Below are positions 34,696 through 44,900 of a DNA stretch of 49,210 nucleotides, in pieces. The first letter of the stretch is position 1. Each line of letters opens with the position of its first letter. The stretch comes from a virus (lineage: Duplodnaviria > Caudoviricetes). The notes under the pieces were generated by a model. It had not been told where the DNA came from. It searched no databases and saw nothing but the letters and a program-made list of their open reading frames with translations. Both the position numbers and the translations under genes were made by a program. The stretch covers positions 1-49,210 of the IMG/VR virus record IMGVR_UViG_3300033067_000254. One strand, given 5' to 3'.

Positions 34696-34768
34696 AATTT
34701 GGGGTATTAGCTTACACAAGCAAAGTAAGTAAGTATACTTAATCAGTGAACGTAGTGAACGATTAAGG
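34680..34768 (+). promoter_or_regulatory. Conserved intergenic element, copy 2 (candidate late promoter plus hairpin)
   Basis: TGGTGAAAAAGACTGAAATTTGGGGTAT...GTAAGTATA followed by a CTTAATC/GATTAAG hairpin; upstream of tRNA, scaffold and capsid genes. Confidence 0.55.
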
Positions 34769-34814
34769 ATATAGTTAGTATTTAATACTAATATACTTAT
34801 GTAGTAAGTTACAT

Positions 34815-34890
34815 TGGCATATAGCTCAGTTGGTAGAGCGTTTGACTGTTAATCAAAATGTCCCTGGTTCGAGCCCAGGTTTGCCAGCCA
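34815..34890 (+). tRNA. tRNA-Asn (GTT)
   Basis: 76-nt cloverleaf: D arm GCTC-AGTTGGTA-GAGC, anticodon arm TTTGA-CTGTTAA-TCAAA, T arm CCTGG-TTCGAGC-CCAGG, discriminator G, encoded CCA. Confidence 0.95.
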
Positions 34891-34918
34891 ATTTTTATAC
34901 GTATAGGAATTCAAATCA

Positions 34919-35743
34919 GTGTCTGACCCGACCTCGATTTTTAATAATCAAAATACTCCACCAGGAGACAATCAAAACAATGGCGGTAGCAATACGCCAA
35001 ACGGTGGTAATCCAGATCCGCTAGTCACCCTCCTAGCAGGTATCAAGAACGACCGTGGAGAACAAAAGTACAAATCAGTTGAAGACGCTCTTAACGCTCT
35101 GAAGCATTCTCAGGACTATATTCCACAGCTAAGCGATAAACTTCGGCAGCAGGAACAGGAACTCGCAGAAGCAAAAGCAGCAGCGGCTAAGATTGCTGAA
35201 CTGGAACGTACTCTACAGACTCTCACTCAGAATAACGCACCTTCTGCACCCGCTTCACCAGCACCTGCAGGAGTGTCAAAAGAGGAAATTGCGGAACTCA
35301 TCTCTAACACTCTTACCGTGCAACAGCAAGCTGCTGTAGCCAAAGAGAACTTGGGTAAGGTTGTCACCACACTAACACAATCGTTTGGTGATAAGGCTGA
35401 AGAAGTCTTTTACAACAAAGCCAAAGAACTCGGTATGTCTGTTACAGAGATTAATTCTCTTGCAGCTAAATCCCCTCAAGCAGCTTTTAAGCTCTTGGGT
35501 CTTGATAATCCCACTAACGCACCAAGTGCTCCTAATACTGGGTCTATCAACACAGGCGGTTTTCAGCCTAAGCAAGATTCATTTGTCGGTAAAAACTCTA
35601 AACCTACACTCATTGGTGCTACAACAGCTGATTTGCGTGAAGAAACACATAATGCTAAGCGTATGGTAGATGAGTTGCACAATCAAGGGCTTTCTGTCCA
35701 TGATCTTACCGACCCGAAAGTATATTTCAAACATTTTAAATAA
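34919..35743 (+). CDS. Capsid scaffolding protein
   Basis: Coiled-coil-rich, KYKSVEDAL motif, immediately upstream of the capsid gene. Confidence 0.8.
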   Translation: MSDPTSIFNNQNTPPGDNQNNGGSNTPNGGNPDPLVTLLAGIKNDRGEQKYKSVEDALNALKHSQDYIPQLSDKLRQQEQELAEAKAAAAKIAELERTLQTLTQNNAPSAPASPAPAGVSKEEIAELISNTLTVQQQAAVAKENLGKVVTTLTQSFGDKAEEVFYNKAKELGMSVTEINSLAAKSPQAAFKLLGLDNPTNAPSAPNTGSINTGGFQPKQDSFVGKNSKPTLIGATTADLREETHNAKRMVDELHNQGLSVHDLTDPKVYFKHFK

Positions 35744-35752
35744 GGATAAACA

Positions 35753-36694
35753 ATGTCTCAAAATCGTGGCAATTCTACTGCCTTTATCGAAGCCGAACAG
35801 TATTCGGCCTTTATTCTCCGTAACCTGCAAGACGGTCTGCTCCCAGGCGTGATGTACCGTAACGTGTCTGACTTCGGTTCTGGCACCACTCTGCATATCA
35901 AAACCGTTGGTACTGTTACCATCCAAGACGGTGCTGAAGAAGTTGCATTCGACTACACACCTATCGAATCTGGCGAAGTGACCCTGACCATCACCGACTA
36001 CGTTGGCGATGCTTGGTACGTCACTGACGAGCTGCGTGAAGACGGTGCTCAAGTGGAAGCTCTGATGAGTGCTCGTTCTAGCGAGTCTACTCGTGCTATC
36101 CAAGAGATTTTTGAAACTCGCTTCTTGCGTAAAGCCAACACCTCGCAGACTAACAACGCTGCTAACTTGGTGAACGGTTTTGCTCACCGCATCGCTTCGG
36201 CTGAAGTGAATAACGTGATTTCGTTGAACCACTTCATTAACATGAAGCTGGCTTTCGACAAAGCTAACGTGCCTATGGCTGGCCGCGTTGCCATCGTTGA
36301 CCCTGTGGTTGCTGCCACTCTGGACAAGCTGGTGTCGATTAGCCGTGACGTGACCCCATTCGGTCAGAAGATCTTGGAGAACGGTTTTGACCGCGATCAC
36401 CAGTTCTTGATGAACCTGTATGGCTGGAACATCATCACTTCCAACCGCCTGGACACTGGCACTTTCGGCGACGGTACTACTTCCGTCACTAACGGTGTTG
36501 CTAACGTGTTCATGAGCGTTGCTGATGACAACACCAAGCCTGTGATGGCTGCATGGCGTCGTATGCCTAAGGTTGAAGGCGAGCGTAACAAAGACCTGCG
36601 CCGTGACGAATTCGTTACTTCGGCTCGTTGGGGCTTCGGTACTCAACGTGTGGACACCTTGGGTATTGTGATTACCTCCGCTGTCAATAGCTGA
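35753..36694 (+). CDS. Major capsid protein
   Basis: 313 aa after scaffold; strong codon bias, AAGGAT RBS, downstream hairpin; RWGFG C-terminal motif. Confidence 0.88.
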   Translation: MSQNRGNSTAFIEAEQYSAFILRNLQDGLLPGVMYRNVSDFGSGTTLHIKTVGTVTIQDGAEEVAFDYTPIESGEVTLTITDYVGDAWYVTDELREDGAQVEALMSARSSESTRAIQEIFETRFLRKANTSQTNNAANLVNGFAHRIASAEVNNVISLNHFINMKLAFDKANVPMAGRVAIVDPVVAATLDKLVSISRDVTPFGQKILENGFDRDHQFLMNLYGWNIITSNRLDTGTFGDGTTSVTNGVANVFMSVADDNTKPVMAAWRRMPKVEGERNKDLRRDEFVTSARWGFGTQRVDTLGIVITSAVNS

Positions 36695-36703
36695 TAGATA
36701 ACA

Positions 36704-36734
36704 CGGCCCCTGTCTCTGCACAGGGGTTCTTCTT
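36704..36734 (+). terminator. Probable weak terminator after the capsid gene
   Basis: CCCCTGT...ACAGGGG stem followed by TTCTTCTT. Confidence 0.6.
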
Positions 36735-36753
36735 GAATACATAAGGATAAAAA

Positions 36754-37236
36754 ATGACTTTTAAAAATAACGCAGGTATTGGCGTGTTTAACAACTACGG
36801 CAAGCGCGACACTGGTAACGCAGTTGGTATTGAAGACAGCGATGGCAGCCTCTTCCGACTCAGCATTAACCTGACTGGTTCGATGTTGAATGACGGTTTT
36901 GTTCCTCCTGTCGTGGTTCCAAAGGGTGCCCTGTTTAAAGGTGCTCAGCTGCGAGTTGATGAAGCTTTTGTGCTTGGTGGTACTACTCCTACCGTGCGTA
37001 TTGGTGCTTCCGGCTCTGTTGCTACTAACGGCATCGTGCTGAGCGAAGCTGAATTGGAAAACGTTGGTACTAAGACTCCTGCTTCGACTGGTGCAGGTAC
37101 TTGGGCTTTCAACTCCTCGACTGGTACAACTGCTGCTGCTAAAGTGGCTTTTGATATGGGCGGTACAGCCCCAACAGCTACCAACGCTGGTAAAGCTGTT
37201 CTCGTGCTTGAATTCTTCAATAAGGCCAGGGCCTGA
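36754..37236 (+). CDS. Virion structural protein, possible capsid decoration protein
   Basis: 160 aa after the capsid gene with similar codon bias and AAGGAT RBS. Confidence 0.7.
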   Translation: MTFKNNAGIGVFNNYGKRDTGNAVGIEDSDGSLFRLSINLTGSMLNDGFVPPVVVPKGALFKGAQLRVDEAFVLGGTTPTVRIGASGSVATNGIVLSEAELENVGTKTPASTGAGTWAFNSSTGTTAAAKVAFDMGGTAPTATNAGKAVLVLEFFNKARA

Positions 37237-37247
37237 AGCACACATTA

Positions 37248-37270
37248 AAGGAGCTTCGGCTCCTTTTTTT
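37248..37270 (+). terminator. Intrinsic terminator with UUCG tetraloop
   Basis: AAGGAGC-TTCG-GCTCCTT followed by a T-run. Confidence 0.92.
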
Positions 37271-37300
37271 GTTTGTACATAAGAAAGCGAGGAAAATAAA

Positions 37301-37978
37301 ATAGCTATTCAACATAAAAATATTCCCGACGCTGAGCTTCATGAATCTAAAGGCGTAGCCAGTGCAGTATCTAACACTGCTTATTTTGCTAACGGCGCAG
37401 GTTCAGGTTCTTGGAAGAAAGTCGGTTCAGAGACATTGAAGGGCTTGTCTGGTGACGGTGGTAATGCTAATCGTCGTATTCTAACAACTGGAGATAATGG
37501 TTTTAAACTTGTTATTGATGCCGCATACTGCAATATGCACATTGTCAATAACACTACCCCTTTCCCTGTCGTTGCTGTTGCCGATCCCACCTTGAATACT
37601 GGTTCTCAATATACGTTGTTGACAGGTCCAGGTGCGCCATATACAAGCACAGTATCAAGCGGTATTACATTCTCCAGTGATCGAATGACTGTACCTGTTG
37701 GCGGTACATATGAACTTGCTTGCTGGGTTAACATTTCACAGTTCCCTTCTAACACAGCAAAGATGGCAATGAAGTTTCGTGTTAATGGAACAACTGTTTC
37801 AAATATGAAAGTATCTGTCAAGTCCAACTCTAACGGTGACTATGGTACATTGGTTGCATTCGACTATATTACCTTGTCAGCTAACGACTACATTCAGCTG
37901 ATGATTGCGTCTAATACGACTGGTAACCTCATTATTGAGAATATGAACTTGACGATGAATTTGATTAAGGCTGCATAA
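37301..37978 (+). CDS. Virion fibre/structural protein (225 aa) with probable ATA start
   Basis: Frame is open 45 codons upstream of the tracked TTG 37436: (M)AIQHKNIPDAELHESKGVA; GAGG lies 8 nt before ATA 37301; beta-rich C-terminus. Confidence 0.7.
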   Translation: MAIQHKNIPDAELHESKGVASAVSNTAYFANGAGSGSWKKVGSETLKGLSGDGGNANRRILTTGDNGFKLVIDAAYCNMHIVNNTTPFPVVAVADPTLNTGSQYTLLTGPGAPYTSTVSSGITFSSDRMTVPVGGTYELACWVNISQFPSNTAKMAMKFRVNGTTVSNMKVSVKSNSNGDYGTLVAFDYITLSANDYIQLMIASNTTGNLIIENMNLTMNLIKAA

Positions 37979-37979
37979 A

Positions 37980-38729
37980 ATGAAGATGACCCTTTTGGAA
38001 ATGGTGCAAGATATCTTGTCTGACATGGATGCAGATGAGATTAATAATCTTGACGATACCATTGAATCTCAGCAAGTAGCTCAGATTATTAAAACTTGCT
38101 ATTACGAGATGATGGGTAATCGTAATTGGCCACATACTCGTAAACTATTTCAACTGGATTCCGCAGGGTCACTCAGTAAGCCGAATTACTTGAAGCTCCC
38201 TGATAATCTGAAGGAAATGTCAGATTTCAAATACGATGTTGGTACAGTTTCTGAACCTCAATTAAAAGAAATTACATACAAGGAACCAGATGCTTTCCTC
38301 CGTTATATTTCTACTCGTAATAACAGCAATAATAATCTATCTGTCATAACAGACTTCAGCGGTGCTAAACTTTCTATTTTTAACAATACTCAGCCACAAT
38401 ACTGGACATCTTTTGATGATACATATTTGGTTACTGATTCGTGGGACAGTTCTGTCGATGACACTTTGAAGAAAGCCAAGACACAGTGTCTAGCTTATGT
38501 TGTTCCAGAGTGGATTCGTACTAACGAAGCAATTCCTGATCTCCCTATTGACGCATTCCCTGCTCTGTTGGAAGAAGCAAAGAGTACAGCATTCCTCGCA
38601 TTGAAGCAAGTAGCAAATCAGAAAGCGGAACAGAAAGCAGGACGTCAACAACGATGGCTCTCTCGTAAAGCTTGGCGTGCAGCTGGTGGTGTTCAATATG
38701 CAGATTTTGGTCGTAAAGGACGTCGATGA
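37980..38729 (+). CDS. Tail adaptor / tail tubular protein A-like
   Basis: MTLLEMVQDILSDM N-terminus; size and position match podoviral adaptor genes. Confidence 0.75.
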   Translation: MKMTLLEMVQDILSDMDADEINNLDDTIESQQVAQIIKTCYYEMMGNRNWPHTRKLFQLDSAGSLSKPNYLKLPDNLKEMSDFKYDVGTVSEPQLKEITYKEPDAFLRYISTRNNSNNNLSVITDFSGAKLSIFNNTQPQYWTSFDDTYLVTDSWDSSVDDTLKKAKTQCLAYVVPEWIRTNEAIPDLPIDAFPALLEEAKSTAFLALKQVANQKAEQKAGRQQRWLSRKAWRAAGGVQYADFGRKGRR

Positions 38730-38935
38730 TTATCTATAAAGGCTACCAAGTTAAGCCTCATAAAACTATCCCTAAACTCTACATTATCGTAACTGATGGA
38801 AAAGGTGGAAAGATCCCTGATATCTTGTCAGGAATGTACACATCAACAGGTGTAGCAAAGTTGGCAATTGATCAGTACGTAGATAAAAAGCCTAAGAAGG
38901 AAGCTGAGAATGCCAAAGAAGTCAGTAAAGATTGA
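38726..38935 (+). CDS. Hypothetical protein
   Basis: 69-aa ORF with GGKIPDILSGMYTS; overlaps both neighbours. Confidence 0.7.
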   Translation: MIIYKGYQVKPHKTIPKLYIIVTDGKGGKIPDILSGMYTSTGVAKLAIDQYVDKKPKKEAENAKEVSKD

Positions 38936-41198
38936 ATTTAAAAACTTCATCAAAGGCTTGATTACAGAGGCAAGTCCAGTAAACTTTCCTCCAGAAGCTT
39001 CCTCTGATGAAGAGAACTTTCAGCTCAATCGTGATGGTACACGTGATCGTCGATTAGGGCTGGACTATGAGCAGGAAGCTCAGCTCCGTCCTCTTGGTGT
39101 AACTCTTCCCGAACTACTAAGTCAAGACCCAGTTACCTTTGAGTGGAAGAACGTCAAAGGTGATTCCGGTACAGTGTTTCTTGTTGTTCAGATTCAGAAG
39201 ACATTGCTATTCTTTGACTTGCAAGTTGGATCTATGTCGAAGGACGGATACAAAGGTACGATTACCTTGTCATCCCTTCCATCTGATACAGAGTTCTCTT
39301 TTGCTAGTATTGACGGACGATTGGTTGTTGCCGCTGGTGCTGATGTAATTACGATTGTTGAATACACAGGAAGCACTTTTACATCGTCGTATCAATCCCT
39401 TAAAGTACGCGATGTGTGGGGTGTTGAAGTTACAGGTAATGCAGAGGCAGATTCTACATTTCGTCCTTCTACACTCTCGGCAGCACATCACTACAACCTG
39501 TATAATCAATCGTGGGGTATTCCTCGTAAAGACAGTACAGGAACGTTGCTTGATCCAGTGAGTATCTATGCAACCAGTTTGAGTGTGTACCCTAGCAACT
39601 CTGAAATGGTTTGGCCCGGTTTGCAGTTTCAACCTGTGTCATCTACTCAGACACCTTTTGAGCGTATCTATCCGAACCTTTACACCGAAGTGCTTGGTGC
39701 TACAACTATTACTCCTAAGGGATATTTCATTATTGATGCCTTGCGTCGTGGTGAATCCAGAGCAGCAGCAGTTGCAGCCAATAAGAGTAAGTATTCGCAG
39801 CTAACCCTCTCCACTTTCGCAGCCCCTTCGGATTACTCGTCTGGTGGAGCTACAGTGGTTACAGAGTTTGCTGGTCGAGTGTTTTACGCTGGTTTTAACG
39901 GCACAGTGATTAATGGTGATAAGCGTAGCCCTGACTTGTCTAACTTTGTATTCTTCTCTCAACTGGTGAAGAGTGCTCCGGATATTACAAAGTGCTACCA
40001 AGAAGGAGATCCCACTTCTCGTGAATCTAGTGATGTTGTAGATACGGATGGTGGTTTTATTCGTTTGTCAGGTATTGATCGTATCCTGTCTCTTGTGAAC
40101 TTGTCAAGTCACTTGGTGGTCATCGCCACTAACGGTGTTTGGACAATTTCCGGTGGCAGTGATTATGGTTTCTCTGCTACAAACTATAAGACACAACGCA
40201 TATCTGCATTTGGTTCCCTGGGTACACGTTGTGTGGTGGAAGACTCGAGCAAAGTGTTGTATTGGTCTGAAGATGGTATCTATGCTGTTGGTAAGGATCA
40301 GCTGGGTGAATACGCAGCAACTAACATTACACAGACAACCATTCAGACTTTCTACGAAGAGATTCCTAACACAACTAAAGAAAAAGCTATTGGCATCTAT
40401 GATGCAGTTGGTAAGAAGATTCGGTGGATTTACCATGAAGGTACGCGATTCACTAACGACTCCCTGACCAAAGAGCTTGTGCTTGATTTGACGATCAACG
40501 CCTTCTATGTCAACAGGATTTACAACCTTGCCAATAACACTGCTGAAGTGATTAGTGCGTTTAAATCCACGCCATTCCAATCAGGTGCTGGTAATACGCT
40601 GGTTCTGGTGGATAACGATGAAGTGTTTGGTGGTTCAGATCAAGTGGTTGTGCCAAATACTGGACGACAAGCAGGTATTCAGTCTTCGCGCTACTTGTGT
40701 ATTGTACTCGTAGCCGGTGTTCCTTATTTCACATTTGGTTACTATAATAACCCTTTCTTCCGTGATTGGGAGCAGGTAGATGGTATCGGTGTGGATGCTA
40801 AAGCCTATTTGACCACTGGTGATTATACAGCAGATGATTCGTCGATTCATAAGCAAATCCCTTACCTCACTGTACACTTCTTGCGTACTGAGAACGGTGT
40901 GGATGCTGAATTGAATCCGTTGAGTCCATCTGGTTGTTTGATTCGTACTATGTGGGATTGGGCGAATGGCTACCAATCAAACAAGTGGAGCCCTCTGATG
41001 CAAGCGTATCGTTATCGTAAGCAATACACTCCTAGTGGACCTGATGATGATTACAATACCGGATTTGAAGTTGTGTCTTCACGTAATAAACTCCGTGGAC
41101 GAGGTAAAGCATTTAGCTTGTACTTTGAAACAGAGCCTAACAAGGATTGCCGTTTGATCGGCTGGAGCTTGGCACTAAATGGAAACGCAATCACTTAA
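38910..41198 (+). CDS. Tail nozzle / tubular protein B-like
   Basis: 762 aa, FIKGLITEAS N-terminus, FAGRVFYAG beta-propeller-like motifs; follows the adaptor gene. Confidence 0.78.
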   Translation: MPKKSVKIEFKNFIKGLITEASPVNFPPEASSDEENFQLNRDGTRDRRLGLDYEQEAQLRPLGVTLPELLSQDPVTFEWKNVKGDSGTVFLVVQIQKTLLFFDLQVGSMSKDGYKGTITLSSLPSDTEFSFASIDGRLVVAAGADVITIVEYTGSTFTSSYQSLKVRDVWGVEVTGNAEADSTFRPSTLSAAHHYNLYNQSWGIPRKDSTGTLLDPVSIYATSLSVYPSNSEMVWPGLQFQPVSSTQTPFERIYPNLYTEVLGATTITPKGYFIIDALRRGESRAAAVAANKSKYSQLTLSTFAAPSDYSSGGATVVTEFAGRVFYAGFNGTVINGDKRSPDLSNFVFFSQLVKSAPDITKCYQEGDPTSRESSDVVDTDGGFIRLSGIDRILSLVNLSSHLVVIATNGVWTISGGSDYGFSATNYKTQRISAFGSLGTRCVVEDSSKVLYWSEDGIYAVGKDQLGEYAATNITQTTIQTFYEEIPNTTKEKAIGIYDAVGKKIRWIYHEGTRFTNDSLTKELVLDLTINAFYVNRIYNLANNTAEVISAFKSTPFQSGAGNTLVLVDNDEVFGGSDQVVVPNTGRQAGIQSSRYLCIVLVAGVPYFTFGYYNNPFFRDWEQVDGIGVDAKAYLTTGDYTADDSSIHKQIPYLTVHFLRTENGVDAELNPLSPSGCLIRTMWDWANGYQSNKWSPLMQAYRYRKQYTPSGPDDDYNTGFEVVSSRNKLRGRGKAFSLYFETEPNKDCRLIGWSLALNGNAIT

Positions 41199-41493
41199 GA
41201 CAGTGTTCTTTGAGAGTGAGGATTACAAGCTAGAGATCGAACCGTTTGCCGATATGGTGTTCCTACATTGTGTAGTTCATCGGTGGACGGTTTCTTCTCT
41301 CAAACATGGTTATGCAAAGTTTGGTGAACTTATGAATCAGATGGCTCAACAAGGATATCCAAAACTGATTACCATTACACCTAATCCTAAATTTGCTCAA
41401 TTATTCGCAGGAGATGTTGTTGACAAATTCTCCTATAACAATGAAAACTATGAGGTAGTGGAATGGGACTTGACCCAATTAGCTGGGCGATGA
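41179..41493 (+). CDS. Hypothetical protein (positional analogue of T7 gp13)
   Basis: 104 aa between nozzle and internal virion genes. Confidence 0.65.
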   Translation: METQSLKTVFFESEDYKLEIEPFADMVFLHCVVHRWTVSSLKHGYAKFGELMNQMAQQGYPKLITITPNPKFAQLFAGDVVDKFSYNNENYEVVEWDLTQLAGR

Positions 41494-41966
41494 TTGCCAG
41501 CGCAGCAGTAGGAACAGCTTCTTATGTAGAAGCAAAAGAAGCACGTGGGGAACAGAAAGCAGCAATGCAAGAGCAAGCCCGTGTGCAAGGCCAAATTCAA
41601 TCAGAACAGAAAGCAGCTAATGTAGCAGCAGCTGCAAACGAACGACGTCAACAGATTCGAGAAGCGCGTGTGCGTAGATCTCGTATTCTGCAGTCGGCTA
41701 CGAATACAGGTGCATCAGGTAGCTCGGGAGAATTTGGTGCTCTCGGTTCTCTCGGTACAGGCTTGAGTGCCAATATTGGTTCCAACCTCGGTCAGATTGC
41801 TACAGCCAATCGTATGAGTGATCTGGGACAAACAGCTGCAGACTTCGGTACAAAAGCTAACGTAGCAGGTGTTAATGCACAAGATGCGACTTCTATGTTC
41901 CAACTGAGCACCAGTATCTTCAGTGCTGTCGGGGGTCCAGAGGCTGCGATTAAAGCAATGAAATAA
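41463..41966 (+). CDS. Internal virion (ejection) protein, small
   Basis: Hydrophobic DPISWAMIASAAVG N-terminus; Ala/Gln-rich helical body. Confidence 0.7.
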   Translation: MGLDPISWAMIASAAVGTASYVEAKEARGEQKAAMQEQARVQGQIQSEQKAANVAAAANERRQQIREARVRRSRILQSATNTGASGSSGEFGALGSLGTGLSANIGSNLGQIATANRMSDLGQTAADFGTKANVAGVNAQDATSMFQLSTSIFSAVGGPEAAIKAMK

Positions 41967-41975
41967 AAGGTTTAC

Positions 41976-44900
41976 ATGGAAACACTAGATGATTTGATGG
42001 GTACGCCTGATGAGCCTACCGATTTGAATATTTTTAATCCTACACAAGAAGCTACCTCCAACCCTCCAATGTCTGCAATTAAGACACGGGCGGCTGGTAC
42101 TGCTCTCTTGGCAGGAGATCCCAACAAGGCTATTGAAAACTATCAATTGATGGTGGCCGAGGGTGAGACAGGTGGAGATCAGATCACTAAGTCTTTGCAG
42201 AGCCAAGCAGCTGAACAAAGTCGTAAGCTGGATATGCAGAGCATGATGGGTGTCTTGTCTGATGCCTCTATCCCTTACGAGCGTAAGAAGGCCGTTGTTG
42301 AAGCGTTCAATAAGAGCACATTGCTTAAAGAACCATCTGTTCAACTGATGACTAACGCTTTGGCTCAAGGCAGCCGAGGAGAGACAGAAGATAACGAACG
42401 AGCACGTCTGACTGCAGCAGATGCTATTGGTGAGATTCACGAAGTAAGTAAGACAGTTCAAGGTCTAGTAAACGCTCACACTTCCTCGCTTGATTGGAAG
42501 AACGCGAAGACTGTTGCTGATACTGCTGCTTTGTGGCTCGCTCCTTTCGGTACAAGTGTATCGGTAGCTAAGGTGACTGAGGATCAGCGTAAAGCAGGTG
42601 AAAGTATCTGGGGAACTGTCAAGAGCTTCTTGGCTCCTGGTTCTAAGATTAAAGACTTGCAAGAGAAACTTCGTTCTCTGCCTCCTTCTAAGCGTGAAGA
42701 GTTTACCACTTCTCTGTTGGATTCTATTTCTAAAAAGAGTGGTGTTATCTTCTCAAGTGAGAATCAATTTGCTCAAATGCAAATGGCTGCTCAAGTGTTT
42801 GGAGAAGACAGCTATAGCGATGTAGATAAGTGGATTGATAACGTATCTGTTCTTTTGGATGTTGTGGGTCTTGGTGCATTTGTCCGTGGTGGTAAAACAG
42901 CCGCTAAAGGCACTAAAGCTGTTGAGGCTACCCAAGTACCAACTACACCTAAACAAGCTGCTGTAGGCCCTGTAAAGCCTGTTGCAGAGCCTGTTGCTCA
43001 AACTACAGAGAGTATCTTTACTCTTCGCCCTCGTAAAGACGAAGAAATCCGTGGCAGTGTTGCCTCATTCCAGCAAAACCTCATTACTAAGCTGGAGGCT
43101 GAAAAAGCTGAGCTATTGGGTACAGCAAGTAACTTGGCTGAGAGTGGCACCATCCGTGCATTGAATGATGAGATTGAGACATTGCGTGCTCAGTTGATTC
43201 CTGACACCAAGGATAGTGTTAAAGCTGTTGCCAAAGATATCCAAACAACCCAAGGTATTTCGTACAAAGAAGCTTTGAAAGAAGCTAATAAACGAGTTGC
43301 AGATAACAACGCTAGTGTTAATTCTAGCATTGGACGTATCGAACAGCAAGTTAATACCAATCGTGAAGCTGCTACAGCTACACAACGGATTGCCGCAATC
43401 GAGAAAGAAATCACTCAGCTGAAATCAGCTATGATGGATTCTCCAGGTGCTCTGACTCCCATTGCAGATTTGGTTCGTCGTATTGAAGTTCGTAGTGTTG
43501 TAACCACATATAACCCTGCCAGCCCTGCTGCTATCATGCAACAAGCTAACCCTGAGAAATCTCGTGCTTTGTTTGAAGCTACATTCAAGAGCACAGATGA
43601 TTCAGTGGCAGAAGGTTTGTATGGTACTACCAAGATGGATGCTATTGCTGGTGATGTGTTCCCTCAGGCAGTGACAGAATCAGGTAAGGTTGTTTCTAAG
43701 CCTGTTGATATTCAACGTAACCTGCGTAAGTCTTTGGATGTGCCAGAGGATATTATCCAAGCCGTGCAAAGCTCTGGTGGTTTGCAATACACTCGTGGTG
43801 AAAAAGCTGCTGCTCGTTCTAATAAAGTAAATGAGTTTGCTGCTGCTGAAGGCTTGCACATGATCGAAAGCATGGGTTCCTTCAAGCTGGACGGTGAACA
43901 GTTCAAGATTAGTGCAGTGTATGGTACACCAGAAGGCGCTTTCTCTAACGCAGAAGAAGCATACAATCAAGCATTGTACGCTTTGCGTGGTCAAGGTATC
44001 CTCCCTGAAGAGATTGTCATCTTGAAGAAAGACGGTCTGGATCACACACCAGTAAAGTTAGAAGATGTTAAAGGCATCGAAGGTAACTACTTGGTACGTG
44101 TGGAAACTACTTCTGAGATTGACCCTACTGACATTAGCAACTGGGAGATGTTTGATGTTAAGCGTAACTGGCTTGATCGTGTACCTCAGTTAAACCGCGA
44201 TGGAGCAGGAAGTGCTGCTCGTATTTTGATGGATGCCGCTTCTATGCTCCATCCTACATATACCGGGGCTGCTTCTGCTGCATCAGATCGTGGAGCTGGA
44301 TTCGAGAAACTAATGCTTGACTTTGCTTCTCAGTTCTCTGATAAGTTTACTGCACTCCGTAAGGGTGAGCAAGTTAAAGTTAATGAGTACATTCGTGAGG
44401 CTAACGCTAAAGAATTGAAACTCGATACAGTGGATTTGATGGCTCGTGGATTCTCCACCGAGGCTATTGACTCACTCAAGGCATGGCGTAAATATTGGGA
44501 CGGTCATTTCTATCTTGAGAATCTGGACTTGGTTCGTACTTTGAACAGTCAAGGTTATCAACGATTGATCTCTCCTAACGCTGATTTGTTTGGCAAGCCT
44601 TTGGGTAGTTATCAAGACATTGGAAAGGTCTATGACCCTACCATGGACACGGTTCTGACGATGAGCAATCAAGCTCTCAAAGCTATTTACGACAATGGTG
44701 GTTTTGTTGCTCGCCTTCGTCGTCCTACAGAATTTGGTGCGGATAAAGCAGAGTATGTCTTGGTTCGTAATAACGCAGATGAGTACATGCGTACAATCCG
44801 TGACACAGATCAAGTGCTGAATTATCGTGATGGTTATTATCAAGTTCAATACACAGCTCCTCGCTTTGTGGATGAGATTGATGCTAACGGTATGCGTCGT

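Noticed and set aside
35579-36742. 387-aa antisense ORF over the capsid gene
   Set aside because: Shadow of the strong codon bias of the capsid gene; no RBS or recognisable motifs, and it opposes the late operon.
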